NCBI GenBank assembly: GCA_028719205.1
Contig: JAQUKH010000017.1
Location: forward strand, 1 to 53,896
Reading direction: 5' to 3'
DNA from: a bacterium
Lineage (GTDB): Bacteria; JACRDZ01; JAQUKH01
DNA: 53,896 nt
Shown: positions 8,931 to 18,096 of the stretch, in pieces
Numbering within the stretch: the first letter of the stretch is position 1
Layout of the letters: each line of letters opens with the position of its first letter
Translations under genes and position numbers: made by a program
The notes under the pieces: generated by a model
Seen by the model: the letters and a program-made list of their open reading frames with translations, nothing else
What the model was told of the DNA's origin: nothing
The model's database searches: none

Positions 8931-10103
8931 TTACTGTACTAATTTTCCGCTAAACCCTCTGCTCGTTACTCCGTCAACCATCAGCCGGATATATATTTCG
9001 TAGTAAGGCAAATAAACGAAATCATTTTTGCCGAATTCCGGGAAGAATTCATTAGCAAGATATTCGGCATCTTCTGCGCTCACCCGGAAAGATATAATAG
9101 TTCCGGCATTGCCGAAAATCGCCCCTCTGGTTTTGTCGTCCAGTTGGTTGAGGTATTGGTTCGCGAGTATAAGGCAGAGCCGGTATTTCCGCACTTGCGA
9201 TAAAATCGAAGAAAAGCTTTCTGTAACGTAGCAGGGGAATTCATCGGCATATAGATAAAAGTCTCTTCTTTGCTCTTCCGGTATATCCGCCCTTGATAAG
9301 GCGGCGAGTTCCAGTTTGGTAGTAAGCATCGCACCCAAAAGAGTGGTGTTATCTTCACCGATTCTTCCTTTGGCTAGATTGACGATGAGTATTTTCCCGC
9401 TGTCCATTATTTCTCTGATATCAAAACTGCTCCTTGGTTTTTCAAAGATTCTTCTGATTTGCGGATTGGATAAAAATTGCCCTACTTTGTTAAGAATGGG
9501 GGAAACCGCTTCTCGGCGAAAAGCGGGGGAATATTTTTCAAATTCCAAATACCAAAATTCCCTCAATTGTTTATCGTATACTTTATTTATTATTTCTTTT
9601 CTGAAATCATCGTCTTGGAGCAACTTCGGAATCCAAAGAATAGTTCCCATTTGCGGAAATTCCAAAATGGTCAGGATTGTGTTTCTCAAAATATGTTCCA
9701 GCCTAGGCCCCCAAAAATCTTTCCAAATTTTTCTTGCGATGCTTATAAATCCCGAAGCGATAAGATATTTGTCTTCGGGTTTTTTGTATTCCAGAATATT
9801 AAAGTTAATTTGATGATTGGTGTCTCCGGGGTTGAAATAGATAACATCGTCTTTTCTTTCTTCGGGAATCATTTCCAAGACTTTTTCCGCCAAGTCTCCG
9901 TGCGGATCAATCAAACAAAAGCCTTCGTTATTGGATATATCCGACCGCATTAATTGAGAAATGAGAGTAGACTTGCCCGTGCCGGTTTTGCCCAAAATAT
10001 ACATATGGCCTCTCCGGTCTTTTTTTCTGATGCCGAATCTTTTATGTTCTCCCCGGAAATTCGTTTCAGCGAAAAACGACATTTTGTTTTCAAAATTATC
10101 CAT
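8931..10103 (-). CDS. VirD4/TraD-like type IV coupling-protein ATPase (no N-terminal TM)
   Basis: HMYILGKTGTGKS Walker A, IDPHGDL, LYADEF Walker B, RKYRLCLILANQYLNQL. Confidence 0.88.
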   Translation of the reverse strand: MDNFENKMSFFAETNFRGEHKRFGIRKKDRRGHMYILGKTGTGKSTLISQLMRSDISNNEGFCLIDPHGDLAEKVLEMIPEERKDDVIYFNPGDTNHQINFNILEYKKPEDKYLIASGFISIARKIWKDFWGPRLEHILRNTILTILEFPQMGTILWIPKLLQDDDFRKEIINKVYDKQLREFWYLEFEKYSPAFRREAVSPILNKVGQFLSNPQIRRIFEKPRSSFDIREIMDSGKILIVNLAKGRIGEDNTTLLGAMLTTKLELAALSRADIPEEQRRDFYLYADEFPCYVTESFSSILSQVRKYRLCLILANQYLNQLDDKTRGAIFGNAGTIISFRVSAEDAEYLANEFFPEFGKNDFVYLPYYEIYIRLMVDGVTSRGFSGKLVQ

Positions 10104-10175
10104 AGCTTTATCGTAGAGGCTATATATGAGGAAACAAGGGAGGTGGAATTGACGTAGCAGGAGAAAATCAGGGGT

Positions 10176-10184
10176 TTATCCACA
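10176..10184 (+). promoter_or_regulatory. Consensus DnaA box
   Basis: TTATCCACA. Confidence 0.5.
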
Positions 10185-10291
10185 GTTTTATTTTCTTTCT
10201 TTGACTACATAGTCAAATTTATACCTCTTTCGATAATCAAGGCTCTGGTTAGAATTTAATCAGGGTCGATTTTTATTTGTTTTATTTTTTC

Positions 10292-10621
10292 ATGAACATG
10301 ACAAATGAAAAGGTAGGTAAAAAACATCCATTGAGAAATAATATTTGGGTTTTGCGAAAAAAGATGGGGCTAAGCCAGAAAGAGTTAGCGTACGTTATAT
10401 TTCACAAGACTTCATCAATTGTGAATCGTTGGGAAAAAGGTGTCAGCACGCCGGATTCGGAAAGCTTTGTGAAATTAACGATTGCTCTTTCGGTTCCACT
10501 TGAAGCCATTTGGCCGAAACAATACGAACGTTGGCAAATTCCGATTTTGGAACGCAGGAATGAAACCAAGCGTAAGCAGGGGAATGGAGTTTACGAATCA
10601 AATCAACCCTTAATGAAATAA
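10292..10621 (+). CDS. XRE-family HTH protein
   Basis: LRKKMGLSQKELA...VNRWEKG...P pattern. Confidence 0.8.
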   Translation: MNMTNEKVGKKHPLRNNIWVLRKKMGLSQKELAYVIFHKTSSIVNRWEKGVSTPDSESFVKLTIALSVPLEAIWPKQYERWQIPILERRNETKRKQGNGVYESNQPLMK

Positions 10622-10622
10622 G

Positions 10623-10631
10623 TTATCCACA
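10623..10631 (+). promoter_or_regulatory. Consensus DnaA box
   Basis: TTATCCACA. Confidence 0.5.
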
Positions 10632-10758
10632 AAAAAGGTCGAAGAGTTAATTTACTAATCAATTTTTGCCTTCTTTTATCTGTACGTTACGTTATTTATA
10701 TTAACGTTAAACGTTACGCAATAAAAAATTGTCGGCAAAAATTTTAAAAATCAAAAAT

Positions 10759-10995
10759 ATGCAAAAGAAAAACTTTCAACCGGAAACAAAAGAAGAATTA
10801 TTGGCTTACGACTTGGCTGTTTCTCTAAGAGATATGGATCATATATACGTTTACCTTTCTCTTGTCAGAGAATACACGACCGACAGCCTGCTCAAAATTT
10901 TGGGAGAGGTAAAGGAAATGCCGGAAAGGAAAGTAAGAAAGTCCAAAGGAGCTTTGTTTACATATCTGGCCCGCCACTGTGGGGAAAGGAGATAA
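10759..10995 (+). CDS. Small hypothetical protein of mobile element
   Basis: Helical ORF ending KSKGALFTYL, in operon with RuvC-like gene. Confidence 0.65.
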   Translation: MQKKNFQPETKEELLAYDLAVSLRDMDHIYVYLSLVREYTTDSLLKILGEVKEMPERKVRKSKGALFTYLARHCGERR

Positions 10996-11012
10996 TTTCG
11001 GAAAATAAAAAT

Positions 11013-11498
11013 ATGAATAAAATTAAAAATATTTTGGCTGTCGATCCGGGCAGTCGTTATCTTGGCGTTGCCGCATTGGAAAACAATCAGCTTGTTTATT
11101 ATGGTGTAAGGAGAATAAAAACAAACCAACTGGCAGGGGAAAGAATTAAGGAAGCGGAAAGAATAATTCAAAAGCTGATTGATTATTATCAGCCTCAAGT
11201 GCTGGCGATTGAAAAACCGTTGTACCATTGGAGTAAACAGTCAAAATTGTTGGATAAAATATGCGTAGTAATCAAAGAAACTGCTAAAGAGAATAAAGTG
11301 AGGGTGAGAGAATTTACACCGGAGCAGATAAGAAAAAGTGTTTGTGGGAATTCAAACGCGACCAGAGAAGAAACGGCAGAGAAGTTATTTTCTAAATTTC
11401 CGGAATCGGGGATGTTTTCGGATAAAAATAAAATCAAGGATAGATATTGGCATCATATATTTGATGCGGTGAGCTTGGCAGAAAGAATATATAAATAA
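11013..11498 (+). CDS. RuvC-like (RNase H fold) resolvase/nuclease
   Basis: ILAVDPGSRYLGVA, LAIEK, IRKSVCG...AT, FDAVSLA. Confidence 0.85.
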   Translation: MNKIKNILAVDPGSRYLGVAALENNQLVYYGVRRIKTNQLAGERIKEAERIIQKLIDYYQPQVLAIEKPLYHWSKQSKLLDKICVVIKETAKENKVRVREFTPEQIRKSVCGNSNATREETAEKLFSKFPESGMFSDKNKIKDRYWHHIFDAVSLAERIYK

Positions 11499-11579
11499 AA
11501 CTTTGCACATGACGTTTTGTATAATCCGTAAATGGCTTTTGGAAAGTGTTTATTAGTATTAATACTTTGATTAAACTAT

Positions 11580-13403
11580 TTATTGCTGAGTGTATTTTAA
11601 TATTTTTATTACATATTTTAGTAAATAAGGAGCAAATGTTAAAGTAACTGACAATAAATAGTTAATCGTACTATTGATATCCATAACAGAGTCAGGTGAT
11701 TGTCTAATGTTATGATATAAGGCAATTTTTTTGTTAATTGTTTCTTCTTTTTCTCCTGCTATAAACATCGAATCTATTTTTATTCTTAGTTCTGCCAATG
11801 ATTGATCCTTTTGTTTTTTTACTATTTGAATAAGCCAATATTGAGGGAAAAAAGTAATTGAAATTGCTGCGCTGATAGATAAACTAAATATAAAACTAGT
11901 AGCATAAACAATCTGCGGAGAAGAAATTTTGTTGATATAATAAAAAAGAGGAAATAAAAGCAATACTAATCCAACAATTGATTTTAACGCACAGCTAGCA
12001 AGTAAAGCACTTAGTTCACTAATAGCCGGGGTGTCAGCGGGAGAATACCAACATAATGATAAGTTAGCCATTGATTTTACTCGGTAAAAATATAATGTCC
12101 CTACCCAAAACAAATAAACCGCGTTCATTCCTAAAAAAGCATTCAAAAAAACTTGGAAATAAGATGCAAATCCAAATTTGACAAACTTAGAAAAAAATGG
12201 AGAAAGATAGTATAGAATAGTTATTCCAACAATACCGGTTATAAAGCTAGAAATAATTTGCTTCTTCAGATTTATATACTTATTTATTAAATCAATTAAC
12301 AACTTTTTATTTGTTTCGGTAGCAAGTAAATTATTAATATGTTCTGTTAATTTGATCAATGATAGCCATGCGGTCTGAGAAAATTTAAGTAAACAATATG
12401 TTAGAGTTGTATAAAACAATACCCAACATAAAGCTGTTCCCGCAGTATGGAAATTAACATAAAAAAACGGTAAATCTAAAAATAAGGGTGAAATAGTTAT
12501 AGTAAATATAGCGTAATCAGCAGATAGTGGGAAGTCTATTAATTTAGAAATATAATAATCAACTTTCCGAGTAATTCTTATTAATAGAACTTTTTGAGTT
12601 GAAGTTGACATCAAGATATCCAATGATGAATTTAGCTTCTTTTTCCCGAGGCCATTACGATAATTATCAAACGTATTAAAATTTGATAATATTTTTTTAA
12701 CATTATTATTTTTAAATGACGATAATGAAGTAAAACTATATCCAGAAACCATCTCGTAAAATACTCCTCCGACAACTCCCCAAGAAAAATCCCACAAGAA
12801 CTCTTCAATATTTAATCCATATATGACTATCCCTGATGGATTACAGTTTTTACACCATAATTCTCCAAGATTCGGAACAAGTTGAAACATGATTTGATAA
12901 ATAATGAAAAATAAAATTGATATAAATAGTCCGGATATTAATGAAGGAACAATGAGGTCTTTTCTGAGACGCCAGATAATAATAGTTAAAAAACAAAATG
13001 CAATTATTGTGACAACAACTGAATTTATTTTGAGGAAGCTGGAAAATAAGGTAAGGGAGCCTAGTACAACCGCAAGGGCGAAGAATATAAACCAAATTCG
13101 GCTTTTATATTGTTTTTTCTCGGAATTAGTTAGATTAAATACTATTTTATAGATGCCATAAGTAATACCACCTAAAGCAAAAGTAAAAATTAAATCTTCT
13201 ATGTTAATAAAAAATTTTGTAATTGTTAATGGAGCCCAATAATCTTTAAAATACCAAATTTCGGATATTGGACCTATTGGGCAGAGAATTATACTTACAA
13301 ACAAAAGTTTTTTTCTTAAATCTTTTCTAAAGAGCCAAATAAGAGACCATATAATAAGAAATATGATGCTGTAGATGAAATAAGGATATCTTAATAAATT
13401 CAT
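11580..13403 (-). CDS. Polytopic membrane protein; N-terminal lycopene-cyclase-like duplicated domain fused to an unknown TM domain
   Basis: Repeated W...IEDLIF / W...IEEFLW motifs in first ~220 aa; many TM segments; very AT-rich. Confidence 0.6.
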   Translation of the reverse strand: MNLLRYPYFIYSIIFLIIWSLIWLFRKDLRKKLLFVSIILCPIGPISEIWYFKDYWAPLTITKFFINIEDLIFTFALGGITYGIYKIVFNLTNSEKKQYKSRIWFIFFALAVVLGSLTLFSSFLKINSVVVTIIAFCFLTIIIWRLRKDLIVPSLISGLFISILFFIIYQIMFQLVPNLGELWCKNCNPSGIVIYGLNIEEFLWDFSWGVVGGVFYEMVSGYSFTSLSSFKNNNVKKILSNFNTFDNYRNGLGKKKLNSSLDILMSTSTQKVLLIRITRKVDYYISKLIDFPLSADYAIFTITISPLFLDLPFFYVNFHTAGTALCWVLFYTTLTYCLLKFSQTAWLSLIKLTEHINNLLATETNKKLLIDLINKYINLKKQIISSFITGIVGITILYYLSPFFSKFVKFGFASYFQVFLNAFLGMNAVYLFWVGTLYFYRVKSMANLSLCWYSPADTPAISELSALLASCALKSIVGLVLLLFPLFYYINKISSPQIVYATSFIFSLSISAAISITFFPQYWLIQIVKKQKDQSLAELRIKIDSMFIAGEKEETINKKIALYHNIRQSPDSVMDINSTINYLLSVTLTFAPYLLKYVIKILKYTQQ

Positions 13404-13479
13404 GATAATAATTATATCACCAATTTTGTTGGTGGTATTATGTTAAAATTATTTATTAATAATTTTATATATTTTTACC

Positions 13480-13509
13480 TTGACACCCACTTCCTTTCGG
13501 TAGTAAAAT
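13480..13509 (+). promoter_or_regulatory. Sigma70-like promoter of tyrosine recombinase
   Basis: TTGACA-18 bp-TAAAAT, followed by palindrome 13516-13553. Confidence 0.6.
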
Positions 13510-13632
13510 CGCTTTAACATAGTTCATCTTTGATAAATAAGATGAACCGTGTTCCTCGCTAAGTTTTTCTCAAAAAAATCCAAAAAAGTTATACGCTATC
13601 AGTCTAATTTCAATTTAAAACTATTTTAATCA

Positions 13633-14409
13633 ATGAAGTTTGTCCGCAATGCTATTGGTCTGTATTGTTGCCGAAAATTTAAGAGAAATATTCCAACTTC
13701 TTCATTTATCCGCGTACTATCAACCCTTTTCCAATTCATGTCTTTTCTCTTTCAGTTCATAAAATTTATCAAAGGTGAACCGCCAAAACACAGAAGGAGC
13801 TACTCTCCGGTGATTGACGAAAGCAAATGCTTGACTTTGGCCCAAGTAAGAAAACTGCGCCAACGCTGTAAAGAGGCGGCTCGTAAAACTATTAGATTCT
13901 TTTATATCCGGGACTGGTTCATGATTGAGCTCGGTCTTTTTTGCGGTTTGAGGGTTTCGGAGATGACAAATCTGAAGATAGCCGACTTGAATATACAAGA
14001 CAAACAATCTTCATTGGTTATAAGGCATGGCAAGGGAGATAAGGCGCGGATTGTGTATTTCAGCCCGGAATTCAAGAATATTTGTCGCTTATTTCTCGAA
14101 CAGAAAAAGGAAAGCGGCCAGTCAACCGGCAAAGAAGACTGGCTGTTGAGCAATGATTCTGGGAATCAATTAACGACAAGAGCCTTGCAGAAGGCATTTA
14201 AACGCTGTCTATTGAAAGCTGGACTTGAAACCCGTTATGGCATTCACTCGTTGAGGCACACTTATGGAACTCATCTCTACAAAGTGAGTGCGCACAATCT
14301 CAGACTGGTGCAACAGCAACTGGGCCATAGTTCGATAAACACAACGCAAATTTACGCGAGTCTTTTTAACGAGGACGTGAGAGAGGCGGTACGAAAGCTT
14401 TACAGATAG
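13633..14409 (+). CDS. Tyrosine recombinase, mainly catalytic domain (start may be 13738)
   Basis: GLRVSE, HGKGDK, HSLRH, LGHSS, TQIY catalytic R-K-H-R-H-Y set intact. Confidence 0.92.
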   Translation: MKFVRNAIGLYCCRKFKRNIPTSSFIRVLSTLFQFMSFLFQFIKFIKGEPPKHRRSYSPVIDESKCLTLAQVRKLRQRCKEAARKTIRFFYIRDWFMIELGLFCGLRVSEMTNLKIADLNIQDKQSSLVIRHGKGDKARIVYFSPEFKNICRLFLEQKKESGQSTGKEDWLLSNDSGNQLTTRALQKAFKRCLLKAGLETRYGIHSLRHTYGTHLYKVSAHNLRLVQQQLGHSSINTTQIYASLFNEDVREAVRKLYR

Positions 14410-14496
14410 GAGGAAAAACAATGTGATGATTAGGGACAGAAAAAAGATTTAGATAAATGTATTTGATTTGAATAAAAAGATTGGAGGGAAAAGAAA

Positions 14497-15645
14497 GTGA
14501 AAAAAGTTATTTTTTCGGTGTTTTGTTTATTAATCTCTTGCGCTCATTTTTCGTTCGCTGAGGATCCGTTGAATACTTGGCATACACGAGCAATAAGCGG
14601 GCCGATTGTCAATGGATCTTACTCAGATAACTTTAATGCCGCGGTTTATGGAAACAACACTTTTCTTATCAAAGACGATGTCGGCCAAATATATACTTCA
14701 CAGGATGGTATCACTTGGACAATCAGCGTAAGTGTATATCCGGGTAATTCCAGTCCGATGGCTAACGTAAACCATATAATTTATGCTAACGGTATGTTTG
14801 TCGCCCCTTATGGAAGTACCATATTCATTTCTTCCGATGGGACTAATTGGACGGCACATTCAACCATTCACGCCGTAAGAATAACTTATGGCAATAATAT
14901 TTTTGCCGGTATTGATTGGAGCGGGATAGCAACATCTTCCAACGGGACTAATTGGACAGAAAGAATAAACAGACCAACTGGGTTATTTGCAGGAGGTTTT
15001 GCAATAGCCTACGGTAGCAATATGTTTGTTGCCATTATGGACAGCAGCACAGTATCCATTTCATCCAATGGCGCAGATTGGACTCAAAAAACATTACAAA
15101 TTGAAGGAGCCGATTATAAAACGCCCGGCGATCCAAGCAATGGCACAGTTGATTATACGTTCGGAGATATGATTTACGGCAACGGCATATTTTTAGTCAC
15201 AGCGCAGGGTGGCTTGAATAACGGTGTAATATTTTCTTCCCTTGACGGCATTAAATGGACAAAAAGGCTATCGGCAAATTATTTCAATGCAATAACTTTC
15301 GGCAAAAATATATTTACGGCCGTGACCGATTACGGCTCAATATTTACTTCAGCCGATGGCATCAAATGGGTGACAAGAAATTCAGGGACAACCTTTCACC
15401 TCAACGACATAGCCTACGGAAACAATACCTTTGTTGCCGTTGGCAAAGGTCCGGCAATACGTCAATCAGACGCACTGGTGCCCGTTGTCCACGATACACC
15501 AATCGGCAATATCGACATCACTTCTGCGGGTTCCTCTGATCGTATTGACGGGCAAGATTTATATTTATTGTCAAAATCGTTTGGTTCCGCGCTTGGAGGC
15601 CCTAAATGGAACTCGTCGATTGATTTGGATGACAACTTCTTATAA
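14497..15645 (+). CDS. Secreted beta-propeller repeat protein with truncated dockerin-like C-terminus
   Basis: Signal peptide; repeated YGNxxFVA...SxDGxxWT units; DRIDGQDL..L..SFG...WN...DLDDN ends abruptly. Confidence 0.7.
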   Translation: MKKVIFSVFCLLISCAHFSFAEDPLNTWHTRAISGPIVNGSYSDNFNAAVYGNNTFLIKDDVGQIYTSQDGITWTISVSVYPGNSSPMANVNHIIYANGMFVAPYGSTIFISSDGTNWTAHSTIHAVRITYGNNIFAGIDWSGIATSSNGTNWTERINRPTGLFAGGFAIAYGSNMFVAIMDSSTVSISSNGADWTQKTLQIEGADYKTPGDPSNGTVDYTFGDMIYGNGIFLVTAQGGLNNGVIFSSLDGIKWTKRLSANYFNAITFGKNIFTAVTDYGSIFTSADGIKWVTRNSGTTFHLNDIAYGNNTFVAVGKGPAIRQSDALVPVVHDTPIGNIDITSAGSSDRIDGQDLYLLSKSFGSALGGPKWNSSIDLDDNFL

Positions 15646-16454
15646 AAAAGGAAATTAGTGAGTTTGCAAATAAGTTAGAGCTCAGAGCAGGTTATTCAAT
15701 AGATGCCTTTTTAGAAAAATTTAAGAAGAAATATTTAATGATAGGGAAAATGGCTATTGCATATATCCTGACAAAGTATGAAGATAAGCATAAAGCCATA
15801 AAAACTGAAAATTGGTACAGATTTTTATTAAATAAAATGGTAGAGGATACAGAAATTGACACATTTTCCCAAAACAAAGTTTCTTTTGTAACCTTTAATT
15901 ATGATCGTTCACTGGAACATTTTTTATACACTACTTTATCGCATTATAGTGAAGACATTACTTCCCCAAAAGTTATAGAAATTATAAACCAAATACCAAT
16001 TATACATTTATATGGTCAGTTAGATCCGTTACCTTGGCAAGGTGAAAATGGAAGGGAATATGGTGCTCCCTTAGAGGAAAAGCATTTAAGAGGGTATATA
16101 AAAAATCTAAGTATTATTTTTGAAGACATGAATGCTGAAATCGAGTCTAGATTTAAAAATGCTTATGATCTATTAATTAAGGCAGATACAGTTTATATTC
16201 TTGGTTTTGGTTTTGATAGTGATAATATTGCTCGTTTAAAATTAAAAGAAATATTTCCACAAGAAGCAGGTGGGACAGCATATAAATTTGAGAACCAACA
16301 AAAAATTAAAGAAATAAAAGATAAATTTTTCGAAACCGAAAAAAAGATATACAAAGGATTCCTTTTGACAGATAAGTTTCCTCAACAAAAAGGAATTGAG
16401 CTGATAAATGAAACTGTATATGATTTTTTAATAAATCACGCTAAATTGGATTAA
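15633..16454 (+). pseudogene. N-terminally truncated SIR2-like/AbiH-like protein
   Basis: SIDAFLE...IGKMAIA upstream of first ATG, VTFNYDRSLE, IIHLYGQL, ILGFGF; N-terminal GAGAS motif absent, in-frame stop at 15630. Confidence 0.65.
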
Positions 16455-16522
16455 TAATCAATAATTATCCCTACAAATACCTATACAAACAGGATATAAA
16501 AACCTATACAATCAATGTATAA

Positions 16523-16911
16523 ATACCCCCTTGTATATATTATCTAATCAAAATTAAATTCCCCATCAAAATCGTAATTTGGCAAGTTCCCGCCACTGAA
16601 TTTCCGGTGTGAGGTAAATCATTCAATTCAGCCCATATTATCTTCGGGGCTGAATTGCGAGGTTGTAGCCGACCGTTCCTATTGCTGTTGGAACGGTCGG
16701 CTTCCTTATATACGGCTGAGCCGTCAGACTTTAGCCCTTTATCTTCTTTTGGGGTGGTTGGGTGGGGTTATAAATTGAAATAAGCTTTTGCTTATTTTAT
16801 ATAACAGTCGGGAGCGGCTGATATTATAAAATCCTTTTCTTACAACGATGAATGGTATTTGGTATAATAATCGCAATCTGGCGGTTTGGAATAAAATTGT
16901 TTGCGACCCCA
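16523..16911 (-). repeat. 389 bp inverted repeat, copy 2 (P arm of attR)
   Basis: Reverse complement of 6345-6733; ends exactly at ACCCCA core. Confidence 0.95.
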
Positions 16912-17001
16912 ATTCCTTTCAATCTATAGTTTTTCCTAGTATTATTAACTTCATTCTTTAAATCTTATATAATCTCATATAGTTAAAATATGAGGTAAAT
17001 T

Positions 17002-17124
17002 GTGACAGAAAATGAAAATAGGCTTGATGTACGATTAAAAAATATTCCAGCCGATATATGGTCAAAAATCGCGCAAATTGATGAATTAAAAGGGCAATGG
17101 GTTGCCGGAGCGAAGCGACTTTAG
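17002..17124 (+). pseudogene. Probable N-terminal fragment of a Fic-family protein
   Basis: GAGG RBS + GTG; RLDVRLKNIPADIWSKIAQIDELKGQWVAGA then stop; resembles Fic N-termini from recall only. Confidence 0.45.
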
Positions 17125-17200
17125 GAAAAAGAAAAAGCTTATTGAAATTTTATTCTGTTTATGATATAATATAAATAATAAAAAAATGAGGGATGTAAAT

Positions 17201-17872
17201 ATGAAAAAAATATTTTTTGTAATTTGTATTTTTATTTTAGGAAATTTAAATACTGCGAAGGCAATTTCGATAACTCAAACTACGCATTGGGATTTACTTA
17301 ATGTTGATGTTGCAGTGACATATCCTGATAAAGTTACTTATGGGGATCCGTTTGGTATAAGTTTTTTTATTGATTCCACACCATTATCTCCTTATGATAT
17401 GATGGCTTTTATTCCGAATATCTGGATCAGCAATACAGTAGATATTTCGAATGTTACCTGGAGTGAAAATCTTGTAAGTCCTGGAGACGCTTATTTCAAT
17501 TATGATTCTATCGGCAATTTAGGAGATATATCTTCGCAATATACTGCAATAAATGAAGGTTATAATATCAGGCTTCTTGATCCATATTCACTTTCATGGC
17601 CTGGTTCCAGCGGCTACACATGGTTGGTTCGTTCTTATCAGAGTCAGGTTACCTGGGCACTGAATAATTTTATTATTCAGGGGAACACTAATTTTAATGT
17701 GAGCTTAGACGCGGATATCTGGAGTGGAGAAACACCTGACTACCCATTTACTGTATTTGATCCGCCGCCAAGTATTCCTATTAATAGTGCTGTTCCTGAA
17801 CCCGCGACCCTTTCTCTGCTTTCTTCTTTAGCTTGCGGTATATTTTGTTTAAAGAAGAGAAAATATTTTTAA
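17201..17872 (+). CDS. PEP-CTERM sorting domain surface protein
   Basis: Signal peptide; AVPEPATLSLL + hydrophobic stretch + KKRK. Confidence 0.9.
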   Translation: MKKIFFVICIFILGNLNTAKAISITQTTHWDLLNVDVAVTYPDKVTYGDPFGISFFIDSTPLSPYDMMAFIPNIWISNTVDISNVTWSENLVSPGDAYFNYDSIGNLGDISSQYTAINEGYNIRLLDPYSLSWPGSSGYTWLVRSYQSQVTWALNNFIIQGNTNFNVSLDADIWSGETPDYPFTVFDPPPSIPINSAVPEPATLSLLSSLACGIFCLKKRKYF

Positions 17873-18096
17873 TTAAAAAGTAATTTATTGGCTGTTTTAC
17901 TCATTGTTGTCCTCGCAGGGGATAATTCCAGCATTATCAGTAATTCTTTCCACTTAATTACATTAAAAAAAAGTCAATAATCCATCTCTCGCATTTTGCG
18001 GTAAGATAGGAAATTTAAATATATCTGTTTAGTACAATATATTATTGTATTAATATTTTAATATGATATAATTTGAATCAATAAGAAAGGTAAAAA

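Larger units (their letters stand above)
1370..16911. mobile_element. ~15.5 kb integrative element at tRNA-His 3' end (attL core 1370-1375, attR core 16906-16911)
   Basis: ACCCCA core at both ends; the inner flanks of both ends occur joined as one attP-like sequence at 6335-6360; serine recombinase at left end; mobile/defence cargo. Confidence 0.85.

Noticed and set aside
9316-9953. Long plus-strand ORFs (165 and 158 aa)
   Set aside because: Antisense shadows of the coupling-protein gene
11500-11530. TTTGCACATGA resembling a XerC arm
   Set aside because: No XerD arm at 6 bp spacing
13421-13448. TTATGTTAAA XerD-like arm (possible dif site)
   Set aside because: Left arm does not resemble a XerC site; AT-rich chance match likely
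16470-16522. Short CCTATACA repeats beside the inverted repeat
   Set aside because: Only two exact copies with irregular spacing; not a CRISPR or convincing iteron array
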